DNA of 64,000 nt from contig CAVVPN010000003.1 in assembly GCA_963750165.1 (NCBI GenBank), positions 2,432,001 to 2,496,000 on the forward strand, in the 5' to 3' direction. This document shows positions 1 through 10,931 of the stretch, piece by piece (the stretch's first letter is position 1; each line of letters opens with the position of its first letter). The notes beneath the pieces were generated by a model. It saw only the letters and a list, made by a program, of their open reading frames with translations, had not been told where the DNA came from and made no database searches. This DNA is from an uncultured Gemmataceae bacterium (GTDB lineage Bacteria; Planctomycetota; Planctomycetia; Gemmatales; Gemmataceae). The position numbers and the translations under genes were made by a program.

Positions 1-308
1 AGGCGACGCAGCAGCAGCTGGACCGCGGTTACCGCATGGTCGAGATTCTGAAGCAGGGCCAGTACAAGCCGATGCACGTCATCGACCAGGTGATGATTAT
101 TTACGCCGGCACCAAGGGCGCGCTGGACAAGGTGCCGCGCAACCAGGTGTCGGCGTGGGAGGAGCAGTTCCTGCGCTTCATGCGCGAGCAGCGGGCGGAC
201 ATGCGCAACGCGCTCATCAAGGAAGGCAAGCTGAAGGGCAAGGACGATGACCGGCTGAACGCGGCGATTGCGGACTTCCAGCACCAGTTCAAGGCACCGG
301 GCAAGTAA
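1..308 (+). CDS. atpA: F-type ATP synthase subunit alpha, C-terminal part (starts before the window)
   Basis: ATQQQLDRGYRMVEILKQGQYKPM..DQVMIIYAGTKG is the typical AtpA C-terminus; lies upstream of atpG/atpD/atpC. Confidence 0.95.
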   Translation, partial: ATQQQLDRGYRMVEILKQGQYKPMHVIDQVMIIYAGTKGALDKVPRNQVSAWEEQFLRFMREQRADMRNALIKEGKLKGKDDDRLNAAIADFQHQFKAPGK

Positions 309-323
309 CCGTGAGGTTGAACC

Positions 324-1226
324 ATGGTCCCCCGAATCCACCGCGTTGTGGCGATGGTAGCTGTGCTGGCTGCCCTGCTCTTGGGCTGCTCCTCGGAGCA
401 GAAGGACAAGGACGGCAAGAGGGACGAGGCCGTCAGGTCAGACAAGGACCACAGCAAGGGCCAAGGTAGGCGTGTCGAGGAAAATCCGGAGCATGAGCGG
501 GCCGCCAGGATGGACAAGGGCTGGTATCCGGAGACAAACGGCAAGAAGGCCGAGGACGCCGGCAAGCCGGACTTCACGCTGACCGGGAAGGAGTTCATCC
601 GTGAGTTCCTGAAGGACAAGAAGGCGGCCGGCAAGAAGTACGACAACAAGGTGGTCCGGCTTACCGGCGAGGTCCGCGGGGTGAGAGCCAAGGACGCGGG
701 CAAATCTGTGGCCGTCCAGCTCGAAGGATTCAAGCAGAGCGCGGAGGATCCCATCGGCACGTGGGTGGAATTCGATCTGGCGCCGGAATTCACGGGGACG
801 GGGTTGGAACTGTCTGGGGGTCAGAAGATCGAGATTACCGGTAAATTCGAGATATGGCTGAGTTACTTCGCCCGCCTGGAGCGCGGGGTGCTCAAGGAAC
901 TGGGTAGGTCGGAGGCGGTGAAGATCGCCGCGTCCGACCTGGCCAAGGATGTCGCCGCCGCACCCAACACCACGAAATATGCCGGCAAAGTGATTATCGT
1001 CGCTGGCGAGTTGGTAGACGTGACCAAAGACAAACAGAGAGATACCACCTACTTCGCCAGGCTCAAGGGCGACGGTAAGGCACAGGTGATGGTGATCCTG
1101 GGCGACGAGAGCGGCCGACTGCTCAAGAAGGGGCAGTCCGTCCGCCTGCGTGCCGTAACGACTTACCCCCTGTTCGAGAACAACGAAGTTCGCCTCCACC
1201 AGGGGTACGTCGTGGAGATCAAGTAG
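324..1226 (+). CDS. Putative lipoprotein with two OB-fold (tRNA_anti-like) repeats, inserted in the atp operon
   Basis: Lipobox LLLGC; two repeats ..KYDNKVVRLTGEV.. and ..KYAGKVIIVAGEL.. ending GQKIEITGK and GQSVRLRAV. Confidence 0.65.
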   Translation: MVPRIHRVVAMVAVLAALLLGCSSEQKDKDGKRDEAVRSDKDHSKGQGRRVEENPEHERAARMDKGWYPETNGKKAEDAGKPDFTLTGKEFIREFLKDKKAAGKKYDNKVVRLTGEVRGVRAKDAGKSVAVQLEGFKQSAEDPIGTWVEFDLAPEFTGTGLELSGGQKIEITGKFEIWLSYFARLERGVLKELGRSEAVKIAASDLAKDVAAAPNTTKYAGKVIIVAGELVDVTKDKQRDTTYFARLKGDGKAQVMVILGDESGRLLKKGQSVRLRAVTTYPLFENNEVRLHQGYVVEIK

Positions 1227-1227
1227 C

Positions 1228-2121
1228 ATGGCCAAAACCCGCGTCCTCGTCAAGCGCCGCAAGGCCGTCCGCAACATCCGCAAGATCACGCGGACGATGG
1301 AGCTGATCGCCACGGCCCGCTTCAAAAAAGCGCTCGACCGTGCCAGCGAGGCCCAGGCGTACACGCAGAAGATCGCCGAGATGGCCGCCGACCTCAGCGC
1401 CAGCGCCACCGGCATCAGCCACCCGCTGCTGGTCCAGCGCGAGACGGTCAAGAGCGTCATGCTGCTGGTCATCACGTCCAACCGCGGCCTGTGCGGCGGC
1501 TACAACGCCAGCATCATGCGTGAGGCCACGGCCCGCATCCGCCAGATTCAGCAGAGCGGCGTCACGCTGCACCTGGAACTGTCCGGCAAGAAGGCCATCA
1601 CCTACTACCGCTTCCAGGGCGTGCAGGCCGAGCGCACCTACACCAACTTCGAGGACAAGCCGCGCTTCGACGAGGTGGACGAACTGGCGGTGCGCTACAT
1701 CGACGGCTACATCAAGGGCCAGTACGACCGCGTCGAGGTGGCGTACATGAAGTTCCTGAGCGCCGCGAAGCAGACGCCGGTGGTCGAGACGCTGCTGCCG
1801 CTGGCGACGGTGCCCGGCCAGGGCGAAGGCGGGGCGCCGGCCGCGGCGGGCAAAAAGAAGACGGTCGAATACGAGTTCCTGCCGAGCGCCGCCAACATTC
1901 TGGAAGAGATTCTGCCGGTGTCGTTCAAGGCGCGGCTGTTCAAGTGCTTCCTGGACGCGGCGGTCGGCGAGCAGATCGCGCGGCGCGTCGCCATGAAGGC
2001 GGCCACCGAGAACGCCGGCGACATGATCAAGAACCTGACGCGGCTGTACAACCGTGCCCGGCAGGCGCAGATTACAAAAGAGATCGCAGAAGTGATCGGG
2101 GGCGCAGAAGCCCTAAAATAA
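1228..2121 (+). CDS. atpG: ATP synthase F1 subunit gamma
   Basis: RKITRTMELIA, SNRGLCGGYN, NRARQAQITKEIAEVIGGAEAL. Confidence 0.98.
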   Translation: MAKTRVLVKRRKAVRNIRKITRTMELIATARFKKALDRASEAQAYTQKIAEMAADLSASATGISHPLLVQRETVKSVMLLVITSNRGLCGGYNASIMREATARIRQIQQSGVTLHLELSGKKAITYYRFQGVQAERTYTNFEDKPRFDEVDELAVRYIDGYIKGQYDRVEVAYMKFLSAAKQTPVVETLLPLATVPGQGEGGAPAAAGKKKTVEYEFLPSAANILEEILPVSFKARLFKCFLDAAVGEQIARRVAMKAATENAGDMIKNLTRLYNRARQAQITKEIAEVIGGAEALK

Positions 2122-3699
<1,578 letters not shown>

Positions 3700-3702
3700 C
3701 GC

Positions 3703-4293
3703 ATGGCCGGACAACTGCAGTGCGTGGTGGTGACGCCGGAGCGGGCGCTGTTCGACGAGACCGCCGACTTCGTGGCGCTGCCGATGTACGACGGCGAGCT
3801 GGGCGTCGCGCCCGGCCGGGCGCCGCTGATCGGCCGGCTGGGCACGGGTGAGCTGCGGACGAAGAAGGCGGGCGTGACGAAGCGCTACTTCGTGGACGGG
3901 GGCTTCGCCCAGGTGCGCGACAACGTGGTGACGGTGTTGACCGAGCGGGCGCTGAAGGCGGAGGAGATTTCGCTGGAGGCGGCGCAGGCGGCGCTGCACC
4001 AGGCGCAGCAGCCGGCACTACAGCCGGGGGAGCAGGCGGCGCACGAGAAGGCGCAGCAGCGGGCGCGGGCGCAGTTGCGGATCGCGCAGAGCGCGAGGGG
4101 GAGACGACGCTGTGACCGCGGGCGGAGCCGTGACATTTCAGGGTTAAATGGCTTTTCCGACCAGGGCGTCGGCAGTGTCGGGCAGGCCATTGCGGCGCAG
4201 GGCATCGAGGTATTCGCCGGGAGACATGGCGGGGCGCGACATGCTGGCGCGGTGCTCGGTCGCCGCTGCCACGACGACTCCGATTTCCAGTAA
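3703..4293 (+). CDS. atpC: ATP synthase F1 subunit epsilon; the real stop is probably near 4115 (likely 1-nt assembly error)
   Basis: LQCVVVTPE, DGELGVAPGRAPLI, YFVDGGFAQV; the last ~60 aa are unrelated and overlap the convergent PIN gene. Confidence 0.9.
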   Translation: MAGQLQCVVVTPERALFDETADFVALPMYDGELGVAPGRAPLIGRLGTGELRTKKAGVTKRYFVDGGFAQVRDNVVTVLTERALKAEEISLEAAQAALHQAQQPALQPGEQAAHEKAQQRARAQLRIAQSARGRRRCDRGRSRDISGLNGFSDQGVGSVGQAIAAQGIEVFAGRHGGARHAGAVLGRRCHDDSDFQ

Positions 4294-4713
4294 CCGCCGG
4301 ATAAAAATGTCTGGGGGTTCGGCGGTCACACCAAATGGGTTTAACACGGCGGCGGGAAAATCGGCGACGTTCTGCGTCACGATGACATCCGCCACGCAGG
4401 CCAGGGCTGCGGCGAGCACATGGCGGTCGTCAAGGTCCGGCAGCTGCAGCCGCGGGATCCACCGCCGGTACTGGTACACCCGACAGCCGGCCACATGTTC
4501 ATCCAGGAGCCGGGCCGTTCGCCGCAGCGCGGGGCGTTGCAGATCTCGCCGATTGCGTAACACGGCGCGAATCCACTCCTGGTGAATACGCCCCGTCCAC
4601 TTGCCGCGCAATTTCTTCTGTCTGCGGCCGTGAATCGCCAGCCAAACCAGAAAATCTCTCAAAAAGCTGGAGTAGAGCACACAGGCGTCGTAGACGGCGA
4701 CCAGCGGTTCCAT
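4144..4713 (-). CDS. PIN-domain (PIN_3-like) toxin
   Basis: AVYDACVLY, LPDLDDRHVLAAA, ADVIVTQNVADFP. Confidence 0.85.
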   Translation of the reverse strand: MEPLVAVYDACVLYSSFLRDFLVWLAIHGRRQKKLRGKWTGRIHQEWIRAVLRNRRDLQRPALRRTARLLDEHVAGCRVYQYRRWIPRLQLPDLDDRHVLAAALACVADVIVTQNVADFPAAVLNPFGVTAEPPDIFIRRLLEIGVVVAAATEHRASMSRPAMSPGEYLDALRRNGLPDTADALVGKAI

Positions 4714-4719
4714 GTCGGC

Positions 4720-5130
4720 TCACTTATCCGGCGGGTCCGATTCGTAGAGCCCCAGTTCTTGCGAAATGCGGGTGATCTCCTCGGCGGCCTTCTTCGCTTG
4801 CTGGTACATTTTTTCGTTCTGTTCCAGCAAAGCGGCACTTGGAATGCGGCGGCGCTTCCCTGCCCGGTGACAGGGCAACTCGCCGCGTCGGATCAACTTG
4901 AGGATGAACTCGCGCGAGACGTCCAGGAAGTCTGCGGCCTGGGTGACCGTCATCTCTTCGGGCAAGGGCTGGTTCGCCCCCGCGATGGCCCGCTGGACGG
5001 CGGCCTCGAAGATCGGCGACACTTCCATGGGCCTCCCGTTGACGGGGACTTCGCCGTTGCCATCCGGCCGCGATCCTGAGGGGGTTTCGCCGTTGGTAGT
5101 GGGCTCAGGCGCGGGCGTCGGATCCGTCAT
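4720..5130 (-). CDS. Excisionase-like HTH_17 DNA-binding protein, probable antitoxin
   Basis: EMTVTQAADFLDVSREFILKLIRRGELPCHRAGKRRRI; directly upstream of the PIN gene. Confidence 0.85.
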   Translation of the reverse strand: MTDPTPAPEPTTNGETPSGSRPDGNGEVPVNGRPMEVSPIFEAAVQRAIAGANQPLPEEMTVTQAADFLDVSREFILKLIRRGELPCHRAGKRRRIPSAALLEQNEKMYQQAKKAAEEITRISQELGLYESDPPDK

Positions 5131-5320
5131 GGCATGCTCCAACTTTGTCCGATGTGTTTGGGGTTTTCACACCGAAGGTGACGATGCAGCACAAATAATC
5201 GTGGCCACACCACAATCAGATTGTACCCACAATGTCGTCGAATTTCCTCGCCAGTTTTGAGGGGCCGGGCTACGATGAGCCCGTGTCCCCGCGTTCTCGT
5301 AGCCACTCCGGAGGCCGGTC

Positions 5321-5746
5321 ATGGCGGATCTCACCCTGCTGGCGACGCTCAAGGACAAGCTCATCCACGCCACCAACTTCGCCGACGTGTCGCGCTACTT
5401 CTTCGACCACTTCGGCGACGACCCCGAATTCATCAAGCTCGGCGAGGCGACGCGCCATCCGTTCCTGGAGGCGGTGGTGGCGCAGGTGGCCGGCCAGATT
5501 TTCGGCCAGGCGGCGCTCGCGGCCGGCAAGGACGCGCTGCTGAACAGCGTGCTGCTGACGCGCCTGGCGGACCACCAGTTCATTCACGGCGGCCTGAACG
5601 TCGCCGGCCACGTCGGCACCATCATCTACTTTGAGGACGAGGGCGTCGGCCTGGTGTCCGTCGCCATGTCGATGTCCGGGGACATGCAGTTCGCGCGCTT
5701 CCGCGGCCAGCGGCTGCAGCGCGTGCCGAAACCCTCGGACAACTGA
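5321..5746 (+). CDS. Hypothetical protein
   Basis: GGAGG RBS, host-like GC3-rich codons. Confidence 0.7.
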   Translation: MADLTLLATLKDKLIHATNFADVSRYFFDHFGDDPEFIKLGEATRHPFLEAVVAQVAGQIFGQAALAAGKDALLNSVLLTRLADHQFIHGGLNVAGHVGTIIYFEDEGVGLVSVAMSMSGDMQFARFRGQRLQRVPKPSDN

Positions 5747-5823
5747 GCGGCACGCCGGCGCGCCGGCATTTTTCGGGTTTTCGACCGCGCAAAAGCGGCC
5801 GCCAGCCGCTACAATCAAGGGAA

Positions 5824-6267
5824 ATGAACCCGACGCCTTACCGCCGCCTCGTCGCCATGCTGGTGCTGGGCCTGTACGTCACGGCCTGCTTGCTGCCCGC
5901 CGCCTGCGATGGGGAGGGTGGCCAGGTGTTTACGGGCGCGGAAACCTCGTTCGCTGTCTGGCTGCTGCTGTCCGACAGCTGGCGGCTGCTGTCCGACCGG
6001 CCCGAATCCGTGAGGAATGTGCTGAGCATCGGGCTGCTTGCGCTCGCCAATTGCTTGCTGGTGCTGGGGTGGCTGTGTCTGGTCTGCAACCAACACGACT
6101 TCGCGGCAGTGTGCGGTTGGCTGGCGGTACTGGCCGCGGCTCCGGCCTGGCTGATTGGTGTCCCCCTGCTGGAGGGCTATTACCTCTGGCATCTGAGCAT
6201 GCTGGTGCTGGCGGTGACGGCGATGCTCTTGCCGTGGCCGAGCGACGGGCACAAGGTTCGCCCTTGA
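5824..6267 (+). CDS. Hypothetical membrane protein
   Basis: Four to five hydrophobic segments. Confidence 0.6.
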   Translation: MNPTPYRRLVAMLVLGLYVTACLLPAACDGEGGQVFTGAETSFAVWLLLSDSWRLLSDRPESVRNVLSIGLLALANCLLVLGWLCLVCNQHDFAAVCGWLAVLAAAPAWLIGVPLLEGYYLWHLSMLVLAVTAMLLPWPSDGHKVRP

Positions 6268-6286
6268 GTTTCGCACCGAGACGGAC

Positions 6287-7492
6287 ATGAACACCTCCAC
6301 GCGCTGGGCCCTGGTGCTGCTCCGCATCGCCATCGGCTGGCACTTCCTCTTCGAGGGCGTCGCCAAACTGGAGACGCACTTCACCGGCCCCACCACGTCG
6401 AAGCCGCTCTGGACCAGCGAGCCCTACCTGCGCGGCGCCACCGGTCCCTTCGCTGACACCATCCGCGCCCCGCTCGGCGACCTCGACGCCGACGCCCTCG
6501 AACGCCTCACCCTGCCCGAAACCAAACCCGGCGAGCCCGCCAAGCTGCCGCCCGCCCTCGAAAAGGAGTGGGACGCCGAGTTCCAGCGCTTCGTGGACTT
6601 CTACAAGGTCGGCACTGACAAGGCGCCGCCGCTGAAGTTCATCGTCCCCTTCACCGTGGCCGAGCCTGACAAGCTTCAGCTAGCCCTGGCGAAAGCCCTC
6701 TTCGCGCACGCCAGGCTGGAAACGCTGCACTGGCTGGAATCCGGCGTCAAGGAGGTCGATAAGCAGTTCTCGAAGGTCGAGGAAAAAGTCCCGGTCACGA
6801 CGCAGCAGCGCATCGACGCTTACAAGAAGCAGCTGCGCGACGCCCGCCGTCTGGAGAACGAGGGCAATCCCGCCTTCGGCCACAACGTCTACAAGAAAAC
6901 CCTGACCGACCTGAAGAAGGACAGCACCACGTCCCGCAAGGAACTGCTGGCGGACGAGAACCGGCCGTTCAAGGACGCCCTCAAGTACATTCAGGCCAAG
7001 GTGCTGACCGACGAGCAGCGCAAGCTCGGCACGCCGCCGGAACCGGAGCCGGGCTTCCGCTGGATCACCTGGATCGACCGCGTGACCATGTGGGGTCTGG
7101 TCATTGTCGGCGGCTGTCTGCTGCTCGGCCTGTTCACGCGCACCGCCTGCGTGCTCGGCGCCCTGTTCCTGACCATGCTCTATCTGTCGATGCCGCCCTG
7201 GCCGTGGCTGCCGCAGGACCCCAGCACCGCCCGCAGCCACTTCTTCTTTGTCAACATGAACGTCATTGAGGCGCTGGCCTTGCTGACCCTGGCGACCACC
7301 GCCAGCGGCAAGTGGCTCGGCCTCGACGGCCTGGTGCAGTTCCTCAATCCGTGGAGCTACAAAAAGCCGGCCGCCCCGAAGCAACCCGTACCCCCCACCA
7401 GCCACAACGGCGGTCCCGTCGGCCCGCGCCTGCCCGAACGGCAGCCTGTCGTGACCACCACCCCTGCACAGGAGCCTCCGCATGGCCCTTGA
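6287..7492 (+). CDS. DoxX family membrane protein with a large periplasmic loop
   Basis: LLRIAIGWHFLFEG and GGCLLLGLFTR..FFVNMNVIE..GLD motifs. Confidence 0.85.
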   Translation: MNTSTRWALVLLRIAIGWHFLFEGVAKLETHFTGPTTSKPLWTSEPYLRGATGPFADTIRAPLGDLDADALERLTLPETKPGEPAKLPPALEKEWDAEFQRFVDFYKVGTDKAPPLKFIVPFTVAEPDKLQLALAKALFAHARLETLHWLESGVKEVDKQFSKVEEKVPVTTQQRIDAYKKQLRDARRLENEGNPAFGHNVYKKTLTDLKKDSTTSRKELLADENRPFKDALKYIQAKVLTDEQRKLGTPPEPEPGFRWITWIDRVTMWGLVIVGGCLLLGLFTRTACVLGALFLTMLYLSMPPWPWLPQDPSTARSHFFFVNMNVIEALALLTLATTASGKWLGLDGLVQFLNPWSYKKPAAPKQPVPPTSHNGGPVGPRLPERQPVVTTTPAQEPPHGP

Positions 7493-9098
7493 CATGACCC
7501 CCGAACAACGGGAGATCGGCCAGAAGAATTTCCAGCACGTCGCCGGCAAACTCGGTGAGGCCAGCCCACCGCCTGGTCAGCAGCCCGGCCCCGGCATGAC
7601 GCGCCGCAGTTTCATGAAGGGCCTGATGGCCGCCGGCGCGGCGCTGCCTATCGGCGCCGCCGCGTACTTCGGTTATCAGCGGCTGCACGGCCGGCCCATC
7701 AAGGCGGGCCTGATCGGCTCCGGCGACGAGGGCGGCGTCCTCATCGGCGAACACAATCCCGAGTTCGTCGAGTTCGTCGCGGTCGCCGACATCCGGCCAT
7801 ACAACCAGAACCGCATCTTCGAGGGCGAGCGCGACCCCGGCCCCGGCCGCCTGTGGCGCAAGGGCTTCAACCGCATTTACGGCAGCAACGCCCGCCAGCG
7901 CATCCGCCTCTACGGCGACAACTACGAGGACCTGTTGGCCGACCCCGAGATTGAAATGGTGGTGATCGCGCTGCCGCTGCACCTGCACCAGGAGGCGGCC
8001 ATCAAGGCGATGCGCGCCGGCAAGCACGTGCTGTGCGAAAAGCTCATGGCCTGGAACATCGCGCAGTGCAAGGAAATGATCCGCGTCGCCAAGGAGACCG
8101 ACCGGCTGCTCGCAATCGGTCATCAGCGGCACTACAACCTGTTGTACGCGCAGGCGACCGAACTGCTCAACGCCGGCGTGCTCGGCGACGTGCATCACAT
8201 CCGTGCCCTGTGGCACCGCAACACGACGATGCCGGGCCGCGACGGTTGGCGGCCGCCGATCCGCGACGTGGACCGGAACGCCCTGGCGGACCTCATCCGC
8301 AGCAAGTACCACTACAAGAGCATGGAAGAGCTGGTGCGCTGGCGGCTGTTCCAGCGCACCGGCGGCGGTCTGATGGCGGAACTGGGCAGCCATCAACTCG
8401 ACGCTTGCAGCATCTTCCTGAACAAGAAGCACCCGCTGGCGGTCAGTGGCGTCGGCGGCAAGTTCTTCTACCACGACGACACCGACGACCGCGAGGTCGA
8501 GGATCACGTCTTTTGCAGCTTCGAGTTCCCGGGCAAGCACTACGACCCGACCAAACCGCGGCGCAACGCCCAGGGCCGGGCCAAACACAGTGACATCGTG
8601 GTGGTGAATTACTCGTCGATCAGCACGAACGATTTCGAGAAGTACGGCGAGTGCGTGATGGGGCCGCGCGGCACGCTGGTGGTGGAGCAGGAGGCGACGG
8701 CGATGCTGTGGCCGGCGGCGGGCCGCTCGACGCTGGCGACGGTGACGGTCACGCCCGCGGGCCAGGCGCCGGCGGAAACGTCCTCGACCTGGGGAGCGAC
8801 CGAAACGGCGACGCAGCAGCGCGGCCAGCAGTCGCTGGGCGGCGGCGTGCCGAGCCGCGGCTATCGCGAGGAGATGGAGCATCTGGCGTACTGCATCCGC
8901 ATGCGCGACGAGGGCATGGCCCGCGACCGCGACGACCTGCAACCGCGCTGCCCCGGCAAGGCGGCCATGGCCGACGCCATCATCGCGCTGACCTCGAACA
9001 AGGCGATGCGATTGCAGCAGCGCATCGAGTTCAAGGAAGAATGGTTCGACCCCGATTCGCGCGAGGTGCCGGACGATTTGCCGGTGGAGCAGGTGTAG
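7482..9098 (+). CDS. Gfo/Idh/MocA family oxidoreductase with a twin-arginine-like leader
   Basis: TRRSFMK, LIGSGDEG, GKHVLCEK, MAELGSHQLD. Confidence 0.9.
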   Translation: MALDMTPEQREIGQKNFQHVAGKLGEASPPPGQQPGPGMTRRSFMKGLMAAGAALPIGAAAYFGYQRLHGRPIKAGLIGSGDEGGVLIGEHNPEFVEFVAVADIRPYNQNRIFEGERDPGPGRLWRKGFNRIYGSNARQRIRLYGDNYEDLLADPEIEMVVIALPLHLHQEAAIKAMRAGKHVLCEKLMAWNIAQCKEMIRVAKETDRLLAIGHQRHYNLLYAQATELLNAGVLGDVHHIRALWHRNTTMPGRDGWRPPIRDVDRNALADLIRSKYHYKSMEELVRWRLFQRTGGGLMAELGSHQLDACSIFLNKKHPLAVSGVGGKFFYHDDTDDREVEDHVFCSFEFPGKHYDPTKPRRNAQGRAKHSDIVVVNYSSISTNDFEKYGECVMGPRGTLVVEQEATAMLWPAAGRSTLATVTVTPAGQAPAETSSTWGATETATQQRGQQSLGGGVPSRGYREEMEHLAYCIRMRDEGMARDRDDLQPRCPGKAAMADAIIALTSNKAMRLQQRIEFKEEWFDPDSREVPDDLPVEQV

Positions 9099-9106
9099 TG
9101 GGTTTT

Positions 9107-9199
9107 CTGCCGCTTGCGGCTTAGCGCGCTTCACCCTCCCGGCGCCAACAGAAATTGTTAGCGCCGGGAGGGTGAAGCGCGCTAAGCCGCAAGCGGCGG
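9107..9199. repeat. Long inverted repeat (REP-like, gccgcttgcggct family)
   Basis: About 37-bp arms gccgcttgcggcttagcgcgcttcaccctcccggcgc and its reverse complement. Confidence 0.9.
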
Positions 9200-9241
9200 A
9201 AAGATGGGTTTCACCTTCGTGAGGTCTTTTTCGCGTTTTCC

Positions 9242-10351
9242 ATGGCCGACATCGTGTCACTACCGCCGCCCGATCACCTCGACCGCCTGCCCGTCCGTCA
9301 TCAGCGCCTGCGCTTCCACGACCTGGAACTGGCGAGCCGCTTCCTGCTGTCGCCGCTGGCCGGCTACACGAACCTGCCGTTCCGCCTGGCCGTGCGCGAA
9401 CTCGGCGGCCTCGGCCTGGCGACCAGCGACCTCGTCAACGCCCGCGCCCTCTTGCAGTTCAGCCGCAAGACGATGGAACTGATCGCTACCTGCCCGGCCG
9501 ACCGGCCCCTCGCCATGCAGATTTACGGCGCCGACGTGGACGACCTGCGCGCCGCGGCGCAATGGCTGGAGCAGCACCACGGCGTCTCGTCCATCGACAT
9601 CAACATGGGCTGTCCCGTCCACAAGGTCACGCGCGGCGGCGGCGGCTCGGCGCTGATGTGCGAGCCCGGCAAGACGGTGGACCTGGTGCGCGGCGTCGTC
9701 GAGGCGGTCAGGATTCCGGTGACGGTCAAGATGCGGCTGGGCTGGGACGAGCAGACGCTGAGCGCTCCGTACTTCGCTCGCAAGTTCGAGGAGGCGGGCG
9801 TCGCCGCGGTCATCATCCACGGCCGCACCCGCGCCCAGGGCTTCAGCGGCAGCGTCAACCTCGACGGCATCCGCGCCGTCGTGGAGGCGGTCCAGAACAT
9901 TCCGGTGATCGGCAACGGCGATGTGCGCAACATCGCGGAGGCGCACCGCATGCTCACCGTGACCGGCTGTGCGGGCATCGCCATCGGCCGTGGGGCACTG
10001 CTGAACCCGTGGATTTTCGCCCAGCTGACGCACTGGGAGGAGACGGGCGGTTGGCTGGAGCCGCCGGGTTATGAGCGCCGACTGACGTTCATGGACCGGC
10101 ACTTTCACCTGCTGGTCGGCCAGCGCGGCGAGCGCTTCGCGTGCCTGACGTTTCGCAAGGTGGCCAACTGGTATTGCCGTGTGCTGCGGCCGGGGCGGGA
10201 AGTGCAACAAACGTTGATTCGGTTGGAGTCCGTGGCGGAGTTCGACGCCATTGTGGCGATGCTGCGCGAGCGCGGCGAGCCGCCGCACTGGCACCGCCAC
10301 ACGGGCGAGCTGAGCATCGCCGTGCCGGGCGGGCCGGTCGAGCGCTGGTGA
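9242..10351 (+). CDS. dusB: tRNA-dihydrouridine synthase
   Basis: LSPLAGYT, DINMGCP, VTVKMRLGW, IHGRT, GNGDV, IGRG. Confidence 0.92.
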   Translation: MADIVSLPPPDHLDRLPVRHQRLRFHDLELASRFLLSPLAGYTNLPFRLAVRELGGLGLATSDLVNARALLQFSRKTMELIATCPADRPLAMQIYGADVDDLRAAAQWLEQHHGVSSIDINMGCPVHKVTRGGGGSALMCEPGKTVDLVRGVVEAVRIPVTVKMRLGWDEQTLSAPYFARKFEEAGVAAVIIHGRTRAQGFSGSVNLDGIRAVVEAVQNIPVIGNGDVRNIAEAHRMLTVTGCAGIAIGRGALLNPWIFAQLTHWEETGGWLEPPGYERRLTFMDRHFHLLVGQRGERFACLTFRKVANWYCRVLRPGREVQQTLIRLESVAEFDAIVAMLRERGEPPHWHRHTGELSIAVPGGPVERW

Positions 10352-10593
10352 CGGCCCGCGCCTCATCACGCCGATTTCCACTCTCAGACGGCGTGAAAAG
10401 TTCTTCATTATCTTGACTATTTCAGTCGGCCTGATTGCTCTCTCAGGAGTTTTCCCTGGAGCGGTGCGTGCAGCAGATCCGGCGAACCGAGCTGACCCCG
10501 CCGGGTCTCGCTCGGTTCGTAGTTTCTCCCCTAGCGTGAACCCGCCGCGCAACCGTGTGTGCAAAAATAGTCAAGAAGGTGTGAAATTAAAAC

Positions 10594-10621
10594 TTGACTT
10601 CAAAGATTTGCCAGGTACTAT
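10594..10621 (+). promoter_or_regulatory. Putative sigma70 promoter for the PEP-CTERM gene
   Basis: TTGACT-N16-TACTAT in an AT-rich patch about 310 nt upstream of ATG 10932. Confidence 0.45.
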
Positions 10622-10931
10622 CTACTCTATTCCTGCGGTGCCCGTCCGGAGGATCTCTACTCTATTTAACACCAACAACCAGTCCTTTTAGCGGCGCAAT
10701 CCGACGGTCGCTATCACTTCGCGGTGCGGAGACGATCGTCTGACGCGCGGTTCGCTACCCCTTTTGTCACTCTGAACTGTTTGCCGCCGAGGCGACCGCG
10801 CTGATGGTCCGCGCGGCGGCGACCCCGACCTGAACCCTTGCAGAATAGTCTCTTTTCCGCGCGGCAGCGGCGGCGCGGCCAATGTGTGCGTTTTGACTTA
10901 GCATTCCTTTCCCACAATCGAGGTAGGTTCC

